The translations under genes were made by a program, and so were the position numbers. From an uncultured Candidatus Binatia bacterium (GTDB taxonomy: Bacteria > Desulfobacterota > Binatia > UBA9968 > JAJDTQ01), in contig OZ251459.1 of the NCBI GenBank assembly GCA_965242525.1, forward strand, positions 2,880,001 to 2,944,000: a stretch of DNA of 64,000 bases, read 5' to 3'. Positions within the stretch are counted from its first letter, which is position 1, and every line of letters begins with the position of its first letter. Below are positions 18,533 to 28,056 of this stretch, one piece after another. The notes beneath the pieces are model-generated. The model made no database searches. It was not told the origin of the DNA and saw nothing but the letters and a program-made list of their open reading frames with translations.

Positions 18533-21500
18533 TTAGTCGGCGCCGTCATTCGGGTCTTGGGGGAGCAGGCTGGCGGTCTTGGGGTCGGACGTCAAGCGCG
18601 CGAAGAACAGGTCCCGGGTGTCCTCGAAGATCTCCATGAGCAGGGGGTCGAGTTCGTGCTCCACCGGGATCTTGGCTCGCAAGGGGTCGATGTAGCGGTC
18701 GTTCTGCCACATCTCGAAGTGTAGGTGCGGGCCGGTGCACAGGCCGGAACACCCCACGTAGCCGATGGTCTGACCCTTCTTCACGGACACGCCGCGCCGG
18801 ATGCCGGGGCCGTAGCGCCTCAGGTGCGCGTACCGGGTCTTCATGGCCGTCCCGTGGGTCACCTCCACCATGCGGCCGTAGCCCCCCTTCCACTTGGCGT
18901 GGGTAACGCGCCCGTCCCCCACCGACCGCACCGGCGTGCCCGTCCGGGCGGCGAAATCCACCCCCAGGTGCGGCCGCCGCACCTTCAGGACGGGGTGGAA
19001 GCGGCTTTTGGAAAAACGCGAGCTGATGCGCCGGAACTCCAGGGGATAGCGCAGGAACGACCGGGACACCGAGCGGCCGCGGGCGTCGTAGTAATGGCCC
19101 GCGCCGTCGGCGCCCTCGAAATAGACCGCGGTGTGCTTGCGTCCCCGGTTGACGAACTCCACGGCCAGGACGTGGACCTCGGCCGACCCGGCGTTGCCCG
19201 GGCGGAACTTCCTCCGGTAGAGCAAGCGGTAGGTGTCGCCGGAGCGCAGGTCCCTGCGGAAGTCGATGTCCCAACCGAGGATGTCCACGATCCGGGAGAT
19301 GACCCCGACGTCCACCCCCGCGCGCTTGGCGCTGGCGTAGAGCGACCCCGACCCCTCGGCGATGCGGCCGCTCACGGACTTGACCTCCTGCCGGTACGGC
19401 ACCTCGTCCCGGTAGAACAGTATGCCCTGCTCGCCGCGGTACCATGTCAGGCGCAGGTTCGAGCGAAGCGCCACCTCCAGGGCCTGGATGCGTCCGGCCC
19501 CCTTGGACCCGGCGGCGCCGTTGCCGTTGCCGTTCGCGGGCGCCTCGAAGTACATGTGGATCCGGCTTCCGGCGCCGAGCTTGCGCACCTGCTTGTGCTG
19601 CTGGACCGCGGTGAGCCACAGCCGCCTCTCCCCGTCGTCCAGCACGTAGCGCCGGAGCACGCCCCACAGGTGCTCTCCCGATTTCAGCTTGTGGGTCACC
19701 CGTTCCGCGTCGTCGAGGGCGAGCGCCGGCCGGGTCCCGCCCCCGTTCCGGTCCGGCTGCGGCGCGTATGCCAGCAACCCGTTCCGTTGCTTGATCCAGG
19801 CCAGCGCGTACTCGGACAGGAGCCGCCCCTTCCGGGCGCCGGAAGCCGGGCCGTCGGAAGGCGCCTCGGTCACCGCGGACCGGCCTCGCCCCAGCACCCG
19901 GCCCGTCCCGAAACGGATGCCCTTCCCCACCCGCTCCCAGGTCAGCTTTCGCCCCTTCCGGACCTCCAGCTCCACCGCCTTGAGGCCTCCCCCCGGGGGA
20001 TTCGCCGACGCCTGGGCGAAATACAGGTGCAGGCGTTGTCCGGGCTTCAGCCTCGTGACCGGATACTGCTTGCCGATGGCGTTGGACCACGCGCTGCGTT
20101 CCTTGCCGGAGACGCCCAGGGACTTGAAGATGCGGCCCAGGGTCTGGCCCCTGGCGATGGTCTTCACCACCTTCCGGAGGGGCTCGACGGAGGGCGCGGA
20201 CGGCTCCGGGCCGCGCACGCGGGCGGGCTCGCCCGCCGCGGCCAGAGTCTTGACCGGCGCCGGCGGCGCGGCCGCGACCTCGCTCTCCACTACCCGTTGG
20301 TTCTTGCCCCGGTACGCGACCCCGTCGCCGGCCGCCTGCCACGTCAGCAAGTCCCCGCCCCTCGACTCGACCTGCAATGCGCGCAGGGTTCGCCTACCGC
20401 CGGCTTCGGACGCGAAGTAGAGGACCACCTTCCTGCCCGGATACAGCCGCTCGAGCGGATACCGTTTCCCGACCGCCCGAATCCAGCGGTTCGCCTCGGC
20501 CCGGAGTATCCCCTTGCCGCGCAGCACCCGGGTGAAGGTCTCCCCCTTGCGGATGACATGGATCACCCGCTCCACCGCCGGCGCCGCGGCCGCCGAAGGC
20601 TTGGCCGCCGTTTTCGTGGAAGTCTCCGCCGCGGCCGGCGGCGCGGCCGCGATCTCGCTCTCCGCTACCCGTTGGTTCTTGCCCCGGTACGCGATTCCGT
20701 CGTCAGCCACCTGCCACGTCAGCAGGTCTCGCCCTCGGGACTCGATCTGGAGCGCGCGCAGGGTCCGCGGCCTGCCGGGTTCGGAAGCGAGGTAGAGGAC
20801 CACCTTCCTGCCCGGATACAACCGCCTGAGCGAGTACCGTTTGCCCACCGCCTGGGTCCAGCGATGCGCCTCGGTCCTTAGTATCCCCTTGCCGCGCAGC
20901 ACCCGGGTGAGGGTCTCCCCCTTGCGGATGACGTGGGTCACCCGCTCCACCGAGGACGCTGCTTCCGCGGAAGGCCGGGGCGCCGGTTTCGTCGAGGTCT
21001 TCGCCGCGGCTTCCGGCGCGGCGGCAGGCGGTGCGGACCCGTCCCCCGGCGGCGTTTGCCGCGCCGCCGCGGTCACGGGGCGCAACTCCGCGTCCCGGTG
21101 ATAGACGATCCGGCCGCGGTCCAACTGCCAGGTCCGAGGCTTGGCGCCGGCGCGCTCGACCCGGAACGCCGTCATGCGGCCCGGGCCGGGCGCGCCCCAC
21201 TCCGAGACGAAGTAGAAGACGGCCGTATCCCCCTCGCCGAGGACGTTGGCCACGTCAACCCGTTCCCCTACCGCCCGGAGCCAGCGGTCCCTGGCGGCCC
21301 GGGGCACCCGGAGGTCCGCCAGCAGACGAGGCAAACGGTCGCCGGGACGGATCCGCTTGGTGACGCGCCGCTCGTGGGTGTCCGTTTCGGCGTCCGGCGG
21401 CGTCCCGCCCTGCTCGACGCGGGTGGACGCGGCCTCGGCCCGGGGGAGGTCCCCCACCGATGTGAACGAAAGGAACAGGGCAACGAAGCCGAGCCTGAGA

Positions 21501-21547
21501 AAGACCCGGGCGCTGCCCGACCACAGGTAGTTCGTTGCAACGAACAT
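18533..21547 (-). CDS. M23 peptidoglycan endopeptidase with multiple OapA/LysM-like N-terminal modules
   Basis: C-terminal HLGVDF and GPHLHFE motifs; five xxIxxG(E/D/Q)xL modules upstream. Confidence 0.88.
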   Translation of the reverse strand: MFVATNYLWSGSARVFLRLGFVALFLSFTSVGDLPRAEAASTRVEQGGTPPDAETDTHERRVTKRIRPGDRLPRLLADLRVPRAARDRWLRAVGERVDVANVLGEGDTAVFYFVSEWGAPGPGRMTAFRVERAGAKPRTWQLDRGRIVYHRDAELRPVTAAARQTPPGDGSAPPAAAPEAAAKTSTKPAPRPSAEAASSVERVTHVIRKGETLTRVLRGKGILRTEAHRWTQAVGKRYSLRRLYPGRKVVLYLASEPGRPRTLRALQIESRGRDLLTWQVADDGIAYRGKNQRVAESEIAAAPPAAAETSTKTAAKPSAAAAPAVERVIHVIRKGETFTRVLRGKGILRAEANRWIRAVGKRYPLERLYPGRKVVLYFASEAGGRRTLRALQVESRGGDLLTWQAAGDGVAYRGKNQRVVESEVAAAPPAPVKTLAAAGEPARVRGPEPSAPSVEPLRKVVKTIARGQTLGRIFKSLGVSGKERSAWSNAIGKQYPVTRLKPGQRLHLYFAQASANPPGGGLKAVELEVRKGRKLTWERVGKGIRFGTGRVLGRGRSAVTEAPSDGPASGARKGRLLSEYALAWIKQRNGLLAYAPQPDRNGGGTRPALALDDAERVTHKLKSGEHLWGVLRRYVLDDGERRLWLTAVQQHKQVRKLGAGSRIHMYFEAPANGNGNGAAGSKGAGRIQALEVALRSNLRLTWYRGEQGILFYRDEVPYRQEVKSVSGRIAEGSGSLYASAKRAGVDVGVISRIVDILGWDIDFRRDLRSGDTYRLLYRRKFRPGNAGSAEVHVLAVEFVNRGRKHTAVYFEGADGAGHYYDARGRSVSRSFLRYPLEFRRISSRFSKSRFHPVLKVRRPHLGVDFAARTGTPVRSVGDGRVTHAKWKGGYGRMVEVTHGTAMKTRYAHLRRYGPGIRRGVSVKKGQTIGYVGCSGLCTGPHLHFEMWQNDRYIDPLRAKIPVEHELDPLLMEIFEDTRDLFFARLTSDPKTASLLPQDPNDGAD
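20259..21008 (-). repeat. 375-bp intragenic tandem duplication (125 aa) in the M23 gene
   Basis: VERV(T/I)HVIRKGET...YRGKNQRV..SE.AAAPPA occurs twice at offset 375. Confidence 0.9.
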
Positions 21548-21647
21548 GGAGAAAGGGTCGGCTGCCTACTGTCTATCATACCCGGACCGGACGGTCCAAC
21601 ACAACCCGGGGGAGACGACGGCGGGCCGCCCCCGGCCGGAACCCCCG

Positions 21648-22808
21648 TCAGCCCTCCTGGCGGTTGGCCTTCCGGTACCCCAGGGCGTCCTGGGCGATGA
21701 TCAGCTTGTGGATGTTCGACGAACCTTCGACGATCTGGTAGGACTTGGCGTCCCGCAGGTAACGCTCTACCGGAAACTCGGTGGAATATCCATAGGCCCC
21801 CAGGATCTTGAAGGCGTCGTCCGCGGCATGGGCGGCCGCCTCCGCCGCGGCGTACTTGGCCATGGACACCTGGAGGTCGTTGGGCTGCCGCCGGTCCGCG
21901 AGACAGGCCGCCCGATAGACCAGCAGGCGCGCCGCCTCTTCCTCCACGATCATCCGGGCCAGACTGTCCTGGATCATCTGGAAGCGTCCGATCTCCCGGC
22001 CGAACTGCTTGCGCTGGTTGGCGTAGGCCACGGCCGCCTCCCGAGCGGCCCGGGCCACGCCGAGGGCACCGGCCGCGCAGCTCAGGCGGGTCTGGTTGAG
22101 CTGCCACATGCACATGGCGAACCCCTGGCCCTCGGCGCCCACACGATGCCCTTCGGGCACCGGCGCGTGGTCGAACTCCAGGGTCCCGGTGGGCGACGCC
22201 AGGGCGCCCATCTTGTCCAGGGAGCTGCGGCGCACGCCGGCCCCGTCCAGCTCCACCATGAAGGCGGACAGTCCGCGGCGCCCCGCGGCCCGGTCGGTCA
22301 CCGCATAGACCAGGGCCAGGTCGGCCACCGGCGCGTTGGAGATCCAGGTCTTGGTCCCCTCGAGGACGTAGCCGTCGTCGGTCCGGACGGCCCGGGTGGA
22401 CATGGAGGCCACGTCGGAGCCCGCGTCGGGCTCGGTGATGGCGAAGCAGCCGATGCGGGACGCGTCCACCAGACCCGGGATCCAGCGGCGCTTCTGCTCT
22501 TCGGCGCCGAACCGGGCCAGCGTCACCGCGGGCGCAAGCTGCGTGTTGACGTGCACCCGGACCGAGCTGTGCACCCGCGCGATCTCCTCCGTCAGGAGCG
22601 CCATGGCCAAATAGCCCAGACCGGTGCCGCCGTACTCTTCGGGGACCACGCAGCCGAAGAAGCCCAGCCGCCCCATCTTCTCGAAGACGTCCCGACGGAA
22701 GCGATGTTCCCGGTCGTCCGCGGCCGCGGTGGGAGCGATCTCCTTCTCCGCGAACTCGCGGCCCAGCTCCCTTACCGCAAGCAGCTCGTCCGAAAGCTCG
22801 AAGTCCAT
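21648..22808 (-). CDS. Acyl-CoA dehydrogenase
   Basis: FAITEPDAGSD, GTKTWISN, RKQFGREI, ERYLRDAK..IVEGSSNI. Confidence 0.92.
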   Translation of the reverse strand: MDFELSDELLAVRELGREFAEKEIAPTAAADDREHRFRRDVFEKMGRLGFFGCVVPEEYGGTGLGYLAMALLTEEIARVHSSVRVHVNTQLAPAVTLARFGAEEQKRRWIPGLVDASRIGCFAITEPDAGSDVASMSTRAVRTDDGYVLEGTKTWISNAPVADLALVYAVTDRAAGRRGLSAFMVELDGAGVRRSSLDKMGALASPTGTLEFDHAPVPEGHRVGAEGQGFAMCMWQLNQTRLSCAAGALGVARAAREAAVAYANQRKQFGREIGRFQMIQDSLARMIVEEEAARLLVYRAACLADRRQPNDLQVSMAKYAAAEAAAHAADDAFKILGAYGYSTEFPVERYLRDAKSYQIVEGSSNIHKLIIAQDALGYRKANRQEG

Positions 22809-22854
22809 GGGTCCTCCCGCGGGGAAGATGGAGGCGGTGGAGACCGGACCCCGG

Positions 22855-24000
22855 TCAGGACGCCCCCAGCAGGTCGCGCGCGATGATCAGCTTCTGGATC
22901 TCCGACGTGCCCTCGTAGATGCGCAACGCGCGCACGTCGCGATAGAGCCGTTCCATGACGCTCCCCGCCACGAGTCCCCGGCCCCCGTGGATTTGCAGCG
23001 CCTCATCGACGATGCGCTGGGCCGCCTCGGTGGCGAAGAGCTTGGCCATGGACGACCTGCGGCCCAGGCCCGCCTCGTCCTCGTCGTGGGCCCGGGCCGC
23101 CCGATAGACCAGCAGGCGCGCGGCCTGGAGCTCGGTGGCCATCTCCGCGACCTTGAAGCGGATGGCCTGGAAGCGGCCGATGGCGCGGCCGAACTGGCGC
23201 CGGCGCCGCGCATGGCGGACCGCTTCGGCCAGGGCCCGGGCGGCCATGCCGGTGGCCGCGGCGCCGACGCTGCAACGCAGCGCCTCCAGGGTCCCGATGG
23301 CGATGGCGAGGCCCTGGCCGGGCCTGCCCAGGAGTCGGGTCTCCGGCACGCGGCAACCCTCGAACGCCACCGCGCCGATGGGATGGGGCGAGAGCAGTGC
23401 CGGACGCTCGGTGACGGTCACCCCCGGCGTCGCGGCCTCCACCAGGAAGGCGCTGAGGCCGCGGCCCTTGCGCGCCGGATGCGTGCTGCCGAAGACCACG
23501 TAGAGATGCGCCAGGCCGGCGTTGGAAACGAGGCTCTTGACCCCGTCGAGCACGTACCCCCCGCTCCGCTTCCTGGCCCGCAGCCGGGCCGAAGCCGGGT
23601 CCGAGCCGGCCTCGGGCTCCGTCAGGGCGAAGGCGCCCACGTCCCGGCCCGCGGCCAGACGCGGCAGGTATGCGGCCTTCTGCTCCGGCGTCCCCGTGCT
23701 CGCCAACGGGTACGCGGCCAGCGCCTGCACCGCGAACAGGGTGTCCGCCAGGGGCGACACCCCCGCCAGGGTCTCCCGGATGACGCAGAGGTCCCGGGCC
23801 TGCACCCTGGGGCGCACGCCCCCGAAACCGCGCGGCGCCACGTGGCGGAAGACCCCCCGCTCGGCGAGCTTGCGGAACACCGCCTCCGCGGCCGCGTCGC
23901 CGCGGTCCGGGTCGATGCCGCCCAACTCGGCCTCCGCCCACGCCGACAGTCCCCTCTGCAAACGGGCCTGCGGCGCAGGCAGGCCGTCCCCCGTGTCCAT
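22855..24000 (-). CDS. Acyl-CoA dehydrogenase
   Basis: FALTEPEAGSD, ERLYRDVRALRIYEGTSEIQ; start moved to 24000 because the upstream extension is repeat-derived. Confidence 0.9.
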   Translation of the reverse strand: MDTGDGLPAPQARLQRGLSAWAEAELGGIDPDRGDAAAEAVFRKLAERGVFRHVAPRGFGGVRPRVQARDLCVIRETLAGVSPLADTLFAVQALAAYPLASTGTPEQKAAYLPRLAAGRDVGAFALTEPEAGSDPASARLRARKRSGGYVLDGVKSLVSNAGLAHLYVVFGSTHPARKGRGLSAFLVEAATPGVTVTERPALLSPHPIGAVAFEGCRVPETRLLGRPGQGLAIAIGTLEALRCSVGAAATGMAARALAEAVRHARRRRQFGRAIGRFQAIRFKVAEMATELQAARLLVYRAARAHDEDEAGLGRRSSMAKLFATEAAQRIVDEALQIHGGRGLVAGSVMERLYRDVRALRIYEGTSEIQKLIIARDLLGAS

Positions 24001-24047
24001 GTCTCGCGCTCCCGGCGTCCGCTCCGCTGGCCGGCGCCCGTTCTTCA

Positions 24048-24128
24048 GGAACCGCTGGACAATGAGCGCGTCCTTCGACTCCGCTTCGCTACGCTCAGGA
24101 CGAACGGGGGTCATCGTTCCGGGCTTCC
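24048..24128 (+). mobile_element. 81-bp MITE-like element carrying a REP core, TTCA target duplication
   Basis: TTCA|GGAACCGCTGGACAATGA...gcgcgtccttcgactccgcttcgctacgctcaggacgaacggggg...TCATCGTTCCGGGCTTCC|TTCA; termini 13/18 inverted match. Confidence 0.7.
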
Positions 24129-24129
24129 T

Positions 24130-24936
24130 TCAGTCCCGGTCCCCGCCGCCGCGGTTGAACCGGGGCGCTTCCCGCTCCATGAACGCACGGAAGCCTTCGC
24201 GGAAGTCGGCCGTCTGCATGCAATGGGCCTGGGTCACGGCCTCCATCTCCAGGGCCGCGTCGAGACCCATCCCGGCTTCCAGGTCCAGGAGTTTCTTGGT
24301 CGCCCCGATGGCGAACCGGGGTCCGTCCTGCAGCCGCCGGGCCAGCCGGAGGGCCTCCGGCATGAGGACGTCGTGGGGCACCACCCGGTTGGCCAAGCCG
24401 ATCCGGTAGGCTTCCGCGGCGTCGATGGCGTCTCCCAGGGAAAGCAGTTCCATGGCGCGACCGAGGCCCACGATGCGCGGCAGCAGGTGGACGGCGCCCA
24501 TGTCCGACCCGGCCAGCCCCACCTTGACGAACAGGAAGGCCACCTTCGCCCGCTCCGACAGCAACCGGAAGTCGCTCGCCAGGGCGAGGGCCGCGCCCGC
24601 CCCCGCGGCCATGCCGTTCACCGCGGCGATGACGGGTTTCTCCAGCCGGCGCATGTTGCGCACCACGTCGCAGGTGAGCCGGGTGAAACGGTACAGCCCG
24701 GCGCCGTCCATCTTCAAGAGCTCGCCGATGATGTCATTGACGCTGCCCCCGGAGCAGAAACCCTTGCCCGCGCCGGTGAGGATCAGCACGTTCACCCCGC
24801 GGTCCGCGGCCAAGGCCCCGGTCAACTCCGCCAACTCCTCGTAGGCCCGGAAGGTGAGGGCGTTGAGCTGCTCCGGGTTGTCGAGACGGACGGTGGCGAT
24901 GCCGTCGTCCACCGAATAGTCGAAACTCTCGTACAC
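24130..24936 (-). CDS. Enoyl-CoA hydratase/isomerase family protein
   Basis: FCSGG, KPVIAAVNGMAAGAG, FVKVGLAGSDMGA. Confidence 0.9.
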   Translation of the reverse strand: MYESFDYSVDDGIATVRLDNPEQLNALTFRAYEELAELTGALAADRGVNVLILTGAGKGFCSGGSVNDIIGELLKMDGAGLYRFTRLTCDVVRNMRRLEKPVIAAVNGMAAGAGAALALASDFRLLSERAKVAFLFVKVGLAGSDMGAVHLLPRIVGLGRAMELLSLGDAIDAAEAYRIGLANRVVPHDVLMPEALRLARRLQDGPRFAIGATKKLLDLEAGMGLDAALEMEAVTQAHCMQTADFREGFRAFMEREAPRFNRGGGDRD

Positions 24937-24957
24937 GGTTCCGGCCTCCCCCTGTCC

Positions 24958-25734
24958 TCAGCCCATGACCGCGCCGCCATCCACGTGGATGCCCTGGCCG
25001 GTGACGGCGTCGGCCGCGGGGCTCGCCAGGAACACCGCGAGGTCCGCGACCTCGCCCGCGGCCATCAGCCGTCGCTGGGGCGACGTGCGGGCAAAGCGCT
25101 CCAGCGCCTCCGGCGTCGTGCCACCGGTCCTTGCGGCCATGCGCCGCGCGTTCTCGCGGGTGAGCTCCGTATCCACGTATCCGGGACAGATGGCGTTGAC
25201 GGTGACCCCGTCCCGCGCCGTCTCCAGGGCCACCGCCCGGGTGAGGCCCAGCACAGCGTGCTTGGAGGCGGTGTAGGCCGCGGTGTTGCGGTACGCGGTC
25301 CTGGCGGTGGTGGAGGCGACGTTGATGACGCGGCCCCAGCCGGCGCCGACCATCGCCCCCAGGAACCGCTTGCAGCAATAGGATGTCCCCAGGAAGTTCA
25401 CCCGCAACACTTCCTCCAGCAGCGCGTCGTCCATCTCCAGGAAGCCTGCGGCAGGGGCGATGCCGGCGCCGTTCACGAGGACCTGCACCACCCCCAGCCC
25501 GCGCGCGGTCTCCGCCAGAGCGTCCACCGAGGCGGGGGAACCCACGTCGCAGGTCACCGGGAATGCCTCGCGCCCGTACCCTCGTATCTCCGCGGCCACC
25601 TGCTCCAGAGGCTCCCGCGTCCGCGCGGCGAGCACCACGCGGCAGCCTTCCCGGGCCAGCGCCAAGGCCACGGCGCGGCCGATGCCGCGGCCGGCGCCGG
25701 TGACGAGAGCGAGCCTGTCCGCCAGCGAATCCAC
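24958..25734 (-). CDS. SDR family oxidoreductase
   Basis: TGAGRGIG, NGAG, YTASKH, NAICPGYVDT; GTG start at 25734. Confidence 0.9.
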   Translation of the reverse strand: MDSLADRLALVTGAGRGIGRAVALALAREGCRVVLAARTREPLEQVAAEIRGYGREAFPVTCDVGSPASVDALAETARGLGVVQVLVNGAGIAPAAGFLEMDDALLEEVLRVNFLGTSYCCKRFLGAMVGAGWGRVINVASTTARTAYRNTAAYTASKHAVLGLTRAVALETARDGVTVNAICPGYVDTELTRENARRMAARTGGTTPEALERFARTSPQRRLMAAGEVADLAVFLASPAADAVTGQGIHVDGGAVMG

Positions 25735-25912
25735 CGAGTGTCCCCTGCTTGCGGCGAGCCGTCGGCCGGGAACCGGCTTCGGTCCAATCCAACGCAGGCT
25801 TCGAGTGGCCTGCGCACGTTCCCGCACGCGGTCGCCGCCACATGAACTTACCAGACGCGACGCCAACGTGTAACGCCGTCGCCCGGCCCGAAGCACGGCA
25901 GGGCACTGTGAA

Positions 25913-26022
25913 GGAACGTCTGACCCATTCCGGCTTGGACTCCCTCTCCTGGTGGGAAAGCGCGTCCTTCGACTTCGCTTCGCTACGCTCAGGACGAACG
26001 GGGGTAATCGTTCGGAGTTTCC
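25913..26022 (+). mobile_element. 110-bp MITE-like element carrying a REP core, TGAA target duplication
   Basis: TGAA|GGAACGTCTGACCCATT...REP core...TAATCGTTCGGAGTTTCC|TGAA. Confidence 0.7.
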
Positions 26023-26144
26023 TGAAGTCGCTTCCGGCTTTCGTGTGGGTAAGGCAGGAGGGAAAAGGCCGTCATTCCACCCCTTCCACGAGGCCTGCCC
26101 CGGCAGGCAGTAAGCCGAGAGGCAGGCTCCGCGGATGTCCGCCC

Positions 26145-26610
26145 CGTCATTCCCGCAGACGCCCCACACCCGTCATTCCCGCGAAAGCGGGAATCCATCC
26201 GGTTTCATCGCCCTCGTTGTACAAATCTCTTCGTCTCGAATTACCCTTCTCGGTCCACTCCATCTTCCATGTCCGATTCCATTTCCTGACCGCCCTTTTC
26301 TCTCTGGACCGAAATGCAGGGCGCCAGTGGGTTTGCTCGCAAGGATGGAAACACGGGGAGTTTGCACATGAACGGATGGATTCCCGCTTTCGCGGGAATG
26401 ACGAGGTGGGCTTTTGCAGGAATGAGGGAGTGGCATCCGCAGGAATGACCGGGCGGCATCCGCCAGAGAGGACGGGGCAGGCGTCCGCGGGAATGGCGGA
26501 GCGGGCATCCGTCAGAGAGGACGGGGCGGGCGTCCGCTGGAATGACGGGGCGGGCGTCCGCTGGGAGGACGGAATGGCGCCCGCAGGAATGGCGGAGCGG
26601 GCGTCCTCAG
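26145..26610. repeat. Cluster of CGTC/dRS3-like palindromic repeats
   Basis: Perfect 31-bp inverted pair cgtcattcccgcgaaagcgggaatccatccg (26171-26201 / 26373-26403) plus several degenerate ggaatg(a/g)c half-units. Confidence 0.9.
26202..26372 (-). pseudogene. Internally deleted GIY-YIG nuclease gene
   Basis: N-terminal VQTPRVSILASKPTGALHFG joined, in a different frame, to C-terminal REKRAVRKWNRTWKMEWTEKGNSRRRDLYNE. Confidence 0.75.
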
Positions 26611-26769
26611 TCGAAAGACCCAAGAGCCTCGTGCGGTTCGGTGGCATGGCTTTTGCGTTTCTGTGGAGGCAGCGGGGAGACGTTAGCCGCTTGTAGATGG
26701 AGCCGCGCGGATTGTGGTAAGTGCATCCGCGTCCGAACCGGCAAGTACGCCGGGTGGAAGGAGGTCGTT

Positions 26770-28041
26770 ATGCGAGGCCATGGGAGTTGTGCCGCCTTAC
26801 TGTGGATCGGGGCGTTGGTGTGGACGGTCCATGCCGCGGACGCGGCGCCGAACCTGCTGACGCTGCACGACGCCGAACGTCTGGCCCTGGAGAACCATCC
26901 GGGCATCCGCGCCGCCACCGAACGGGTGAAGGTGCAGGAGGCGGTGGTGCAGAGGGCCTGGGCCGGCTACGTTCCCACGCTCAGCGCCAGGGGCGTGTAC
27001 GAGAACAGGACGGTGGAGAGTCCACTCGCGGACAGGAACCTCTACAACACCACGGGCGCGGTGAACTGGCTGGTGACCGACTTCGGCCGCCGCGAGGGCT
27101 CCATACGACGCGAAGAGGACACCCTGGAAGCGCGCCGCTTCGCCCGGCGGACGTCGGTGGAAGAGGTGCTGCTCACGGTGCGGCGGTTCTTCTTCGAGTA
27201 CCTCCGGGCCGAGGCGCTGGTGCGGGTGGAGCAGGACACGGTCAAGGACCGCGAAGCGCTGGTGCGGCAGGCCCGGGGGTTCTTCGAAGTGGGCACCCGG
27301 CCCAAGATCGACGTGGCCCGGGCGGAAGCAAGCCTCTTCGCCGCCAAGGCGAACCTCATCGGCGCCCAGAACGGCGTCAAGCTCGCGTGGGCCCGGCTCA
27401 AGAACGCCATGGGCGTGACGCGGTTCGAGCAGCGCCCGGTGGCCGCGGAAGTCAACGTCCAGCCCACGACCCTTTCCCTGGAGGAGGCGGTGGCGGCGGC
27501 CTTCGAATCACGCACCGAGCTCGAGGACTTCCGGTCGCGCCTCGACGCCGGCCAGGAAGCCATCGAATTGGCCAGGAAGGCCCGCCTGCCGAGGATCCAG
27601 TTCGACGGGCAATACGGCTGGCGCTGGCACGACGAGCAGGACGTCGTAAGGTCCTCGCTGACCCTGACCGTTCCCCTGTTCGCCGAGTTCACCATCCGGC
27701 CCGACATCGAGAGGAACGTCCGGGAGTACCACGCGGTCAAGGCGCAACAGGACGAGCAACGCCAACGCATCGCCCTGGAGGTGGAGGAAAGCTATCTCGC
27801 GGTGCTGGAGGCGGGGGAGCGGATCAAGGCCAACGAGGCGCAGAAGAAGTCGGCCAAGGAAAACCTCGACTTGGCCAACGGCCGATACCAGGTGGGGGTG
27901 GGGTCCATCATCGAGATCACCGAAGCGCAGGTGGTCCACACCCGGGCCCAGACGGACCACATACGGTCCATCTACGACCACAAGCTGGCCGAGGCGCGGC
28001 TCGCCCGGGCCATGGGCAAGGGTTCCGCATTCAGCCCGTGA
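26770..28041 (+). CDS. TolC family outer membrane efflux protein
   Basis: Signal peptide, LTLHDAERLALENHP, two OEP repeats (GTRPKIDVARAE; RYQVGVGSIIEITEAQ); SD ggagg. Confidence 0.88.
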   Translation: MRGHGSCAALLWIGALVWTVHAADAAPNLLTLHDAERLALENHPGIRAATERVKVQEAVVQRAWAGYVPTLSARGVYENRTVESPLADRNLYNTTGAVNWLVTDFGRREGSIRREEDTLEARRFARRTSVEEVLLTVRRFFFEYLRAEALVRVEQDTVKDREALVRQARGFFEVGTRPKIDVARAEASLFAAKANLIGAQNGVKLAWARLKNAMGVTRFEQRPVAAEVNVQPTTLSLEEAVAAAFESRTELEDFRSRLDAGQEAIELARKARLPRIQFDGQYGWRWHDEQDVVRSSLTLTVPLFAEFTIRPDIERNVREYHAVKAQQDEQRQRIALEVEESYLAVLEAGERIKANEAQKKSAKENLDLANGRYQVGVGSIIEITEAQVVHTRAQTDHIRSIYDHKLAEARLARAMGKGSAFSP

Positions 28042-28056
28042 CGCGGGCGGGCGGCG

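Noticed and set aside
24001-24114. N-terminal extensions and small ORFs containing PERSEAESKD or FVLSVAKRSRRT
   Set aside because: These are translations of the REP core, not protein sequence.
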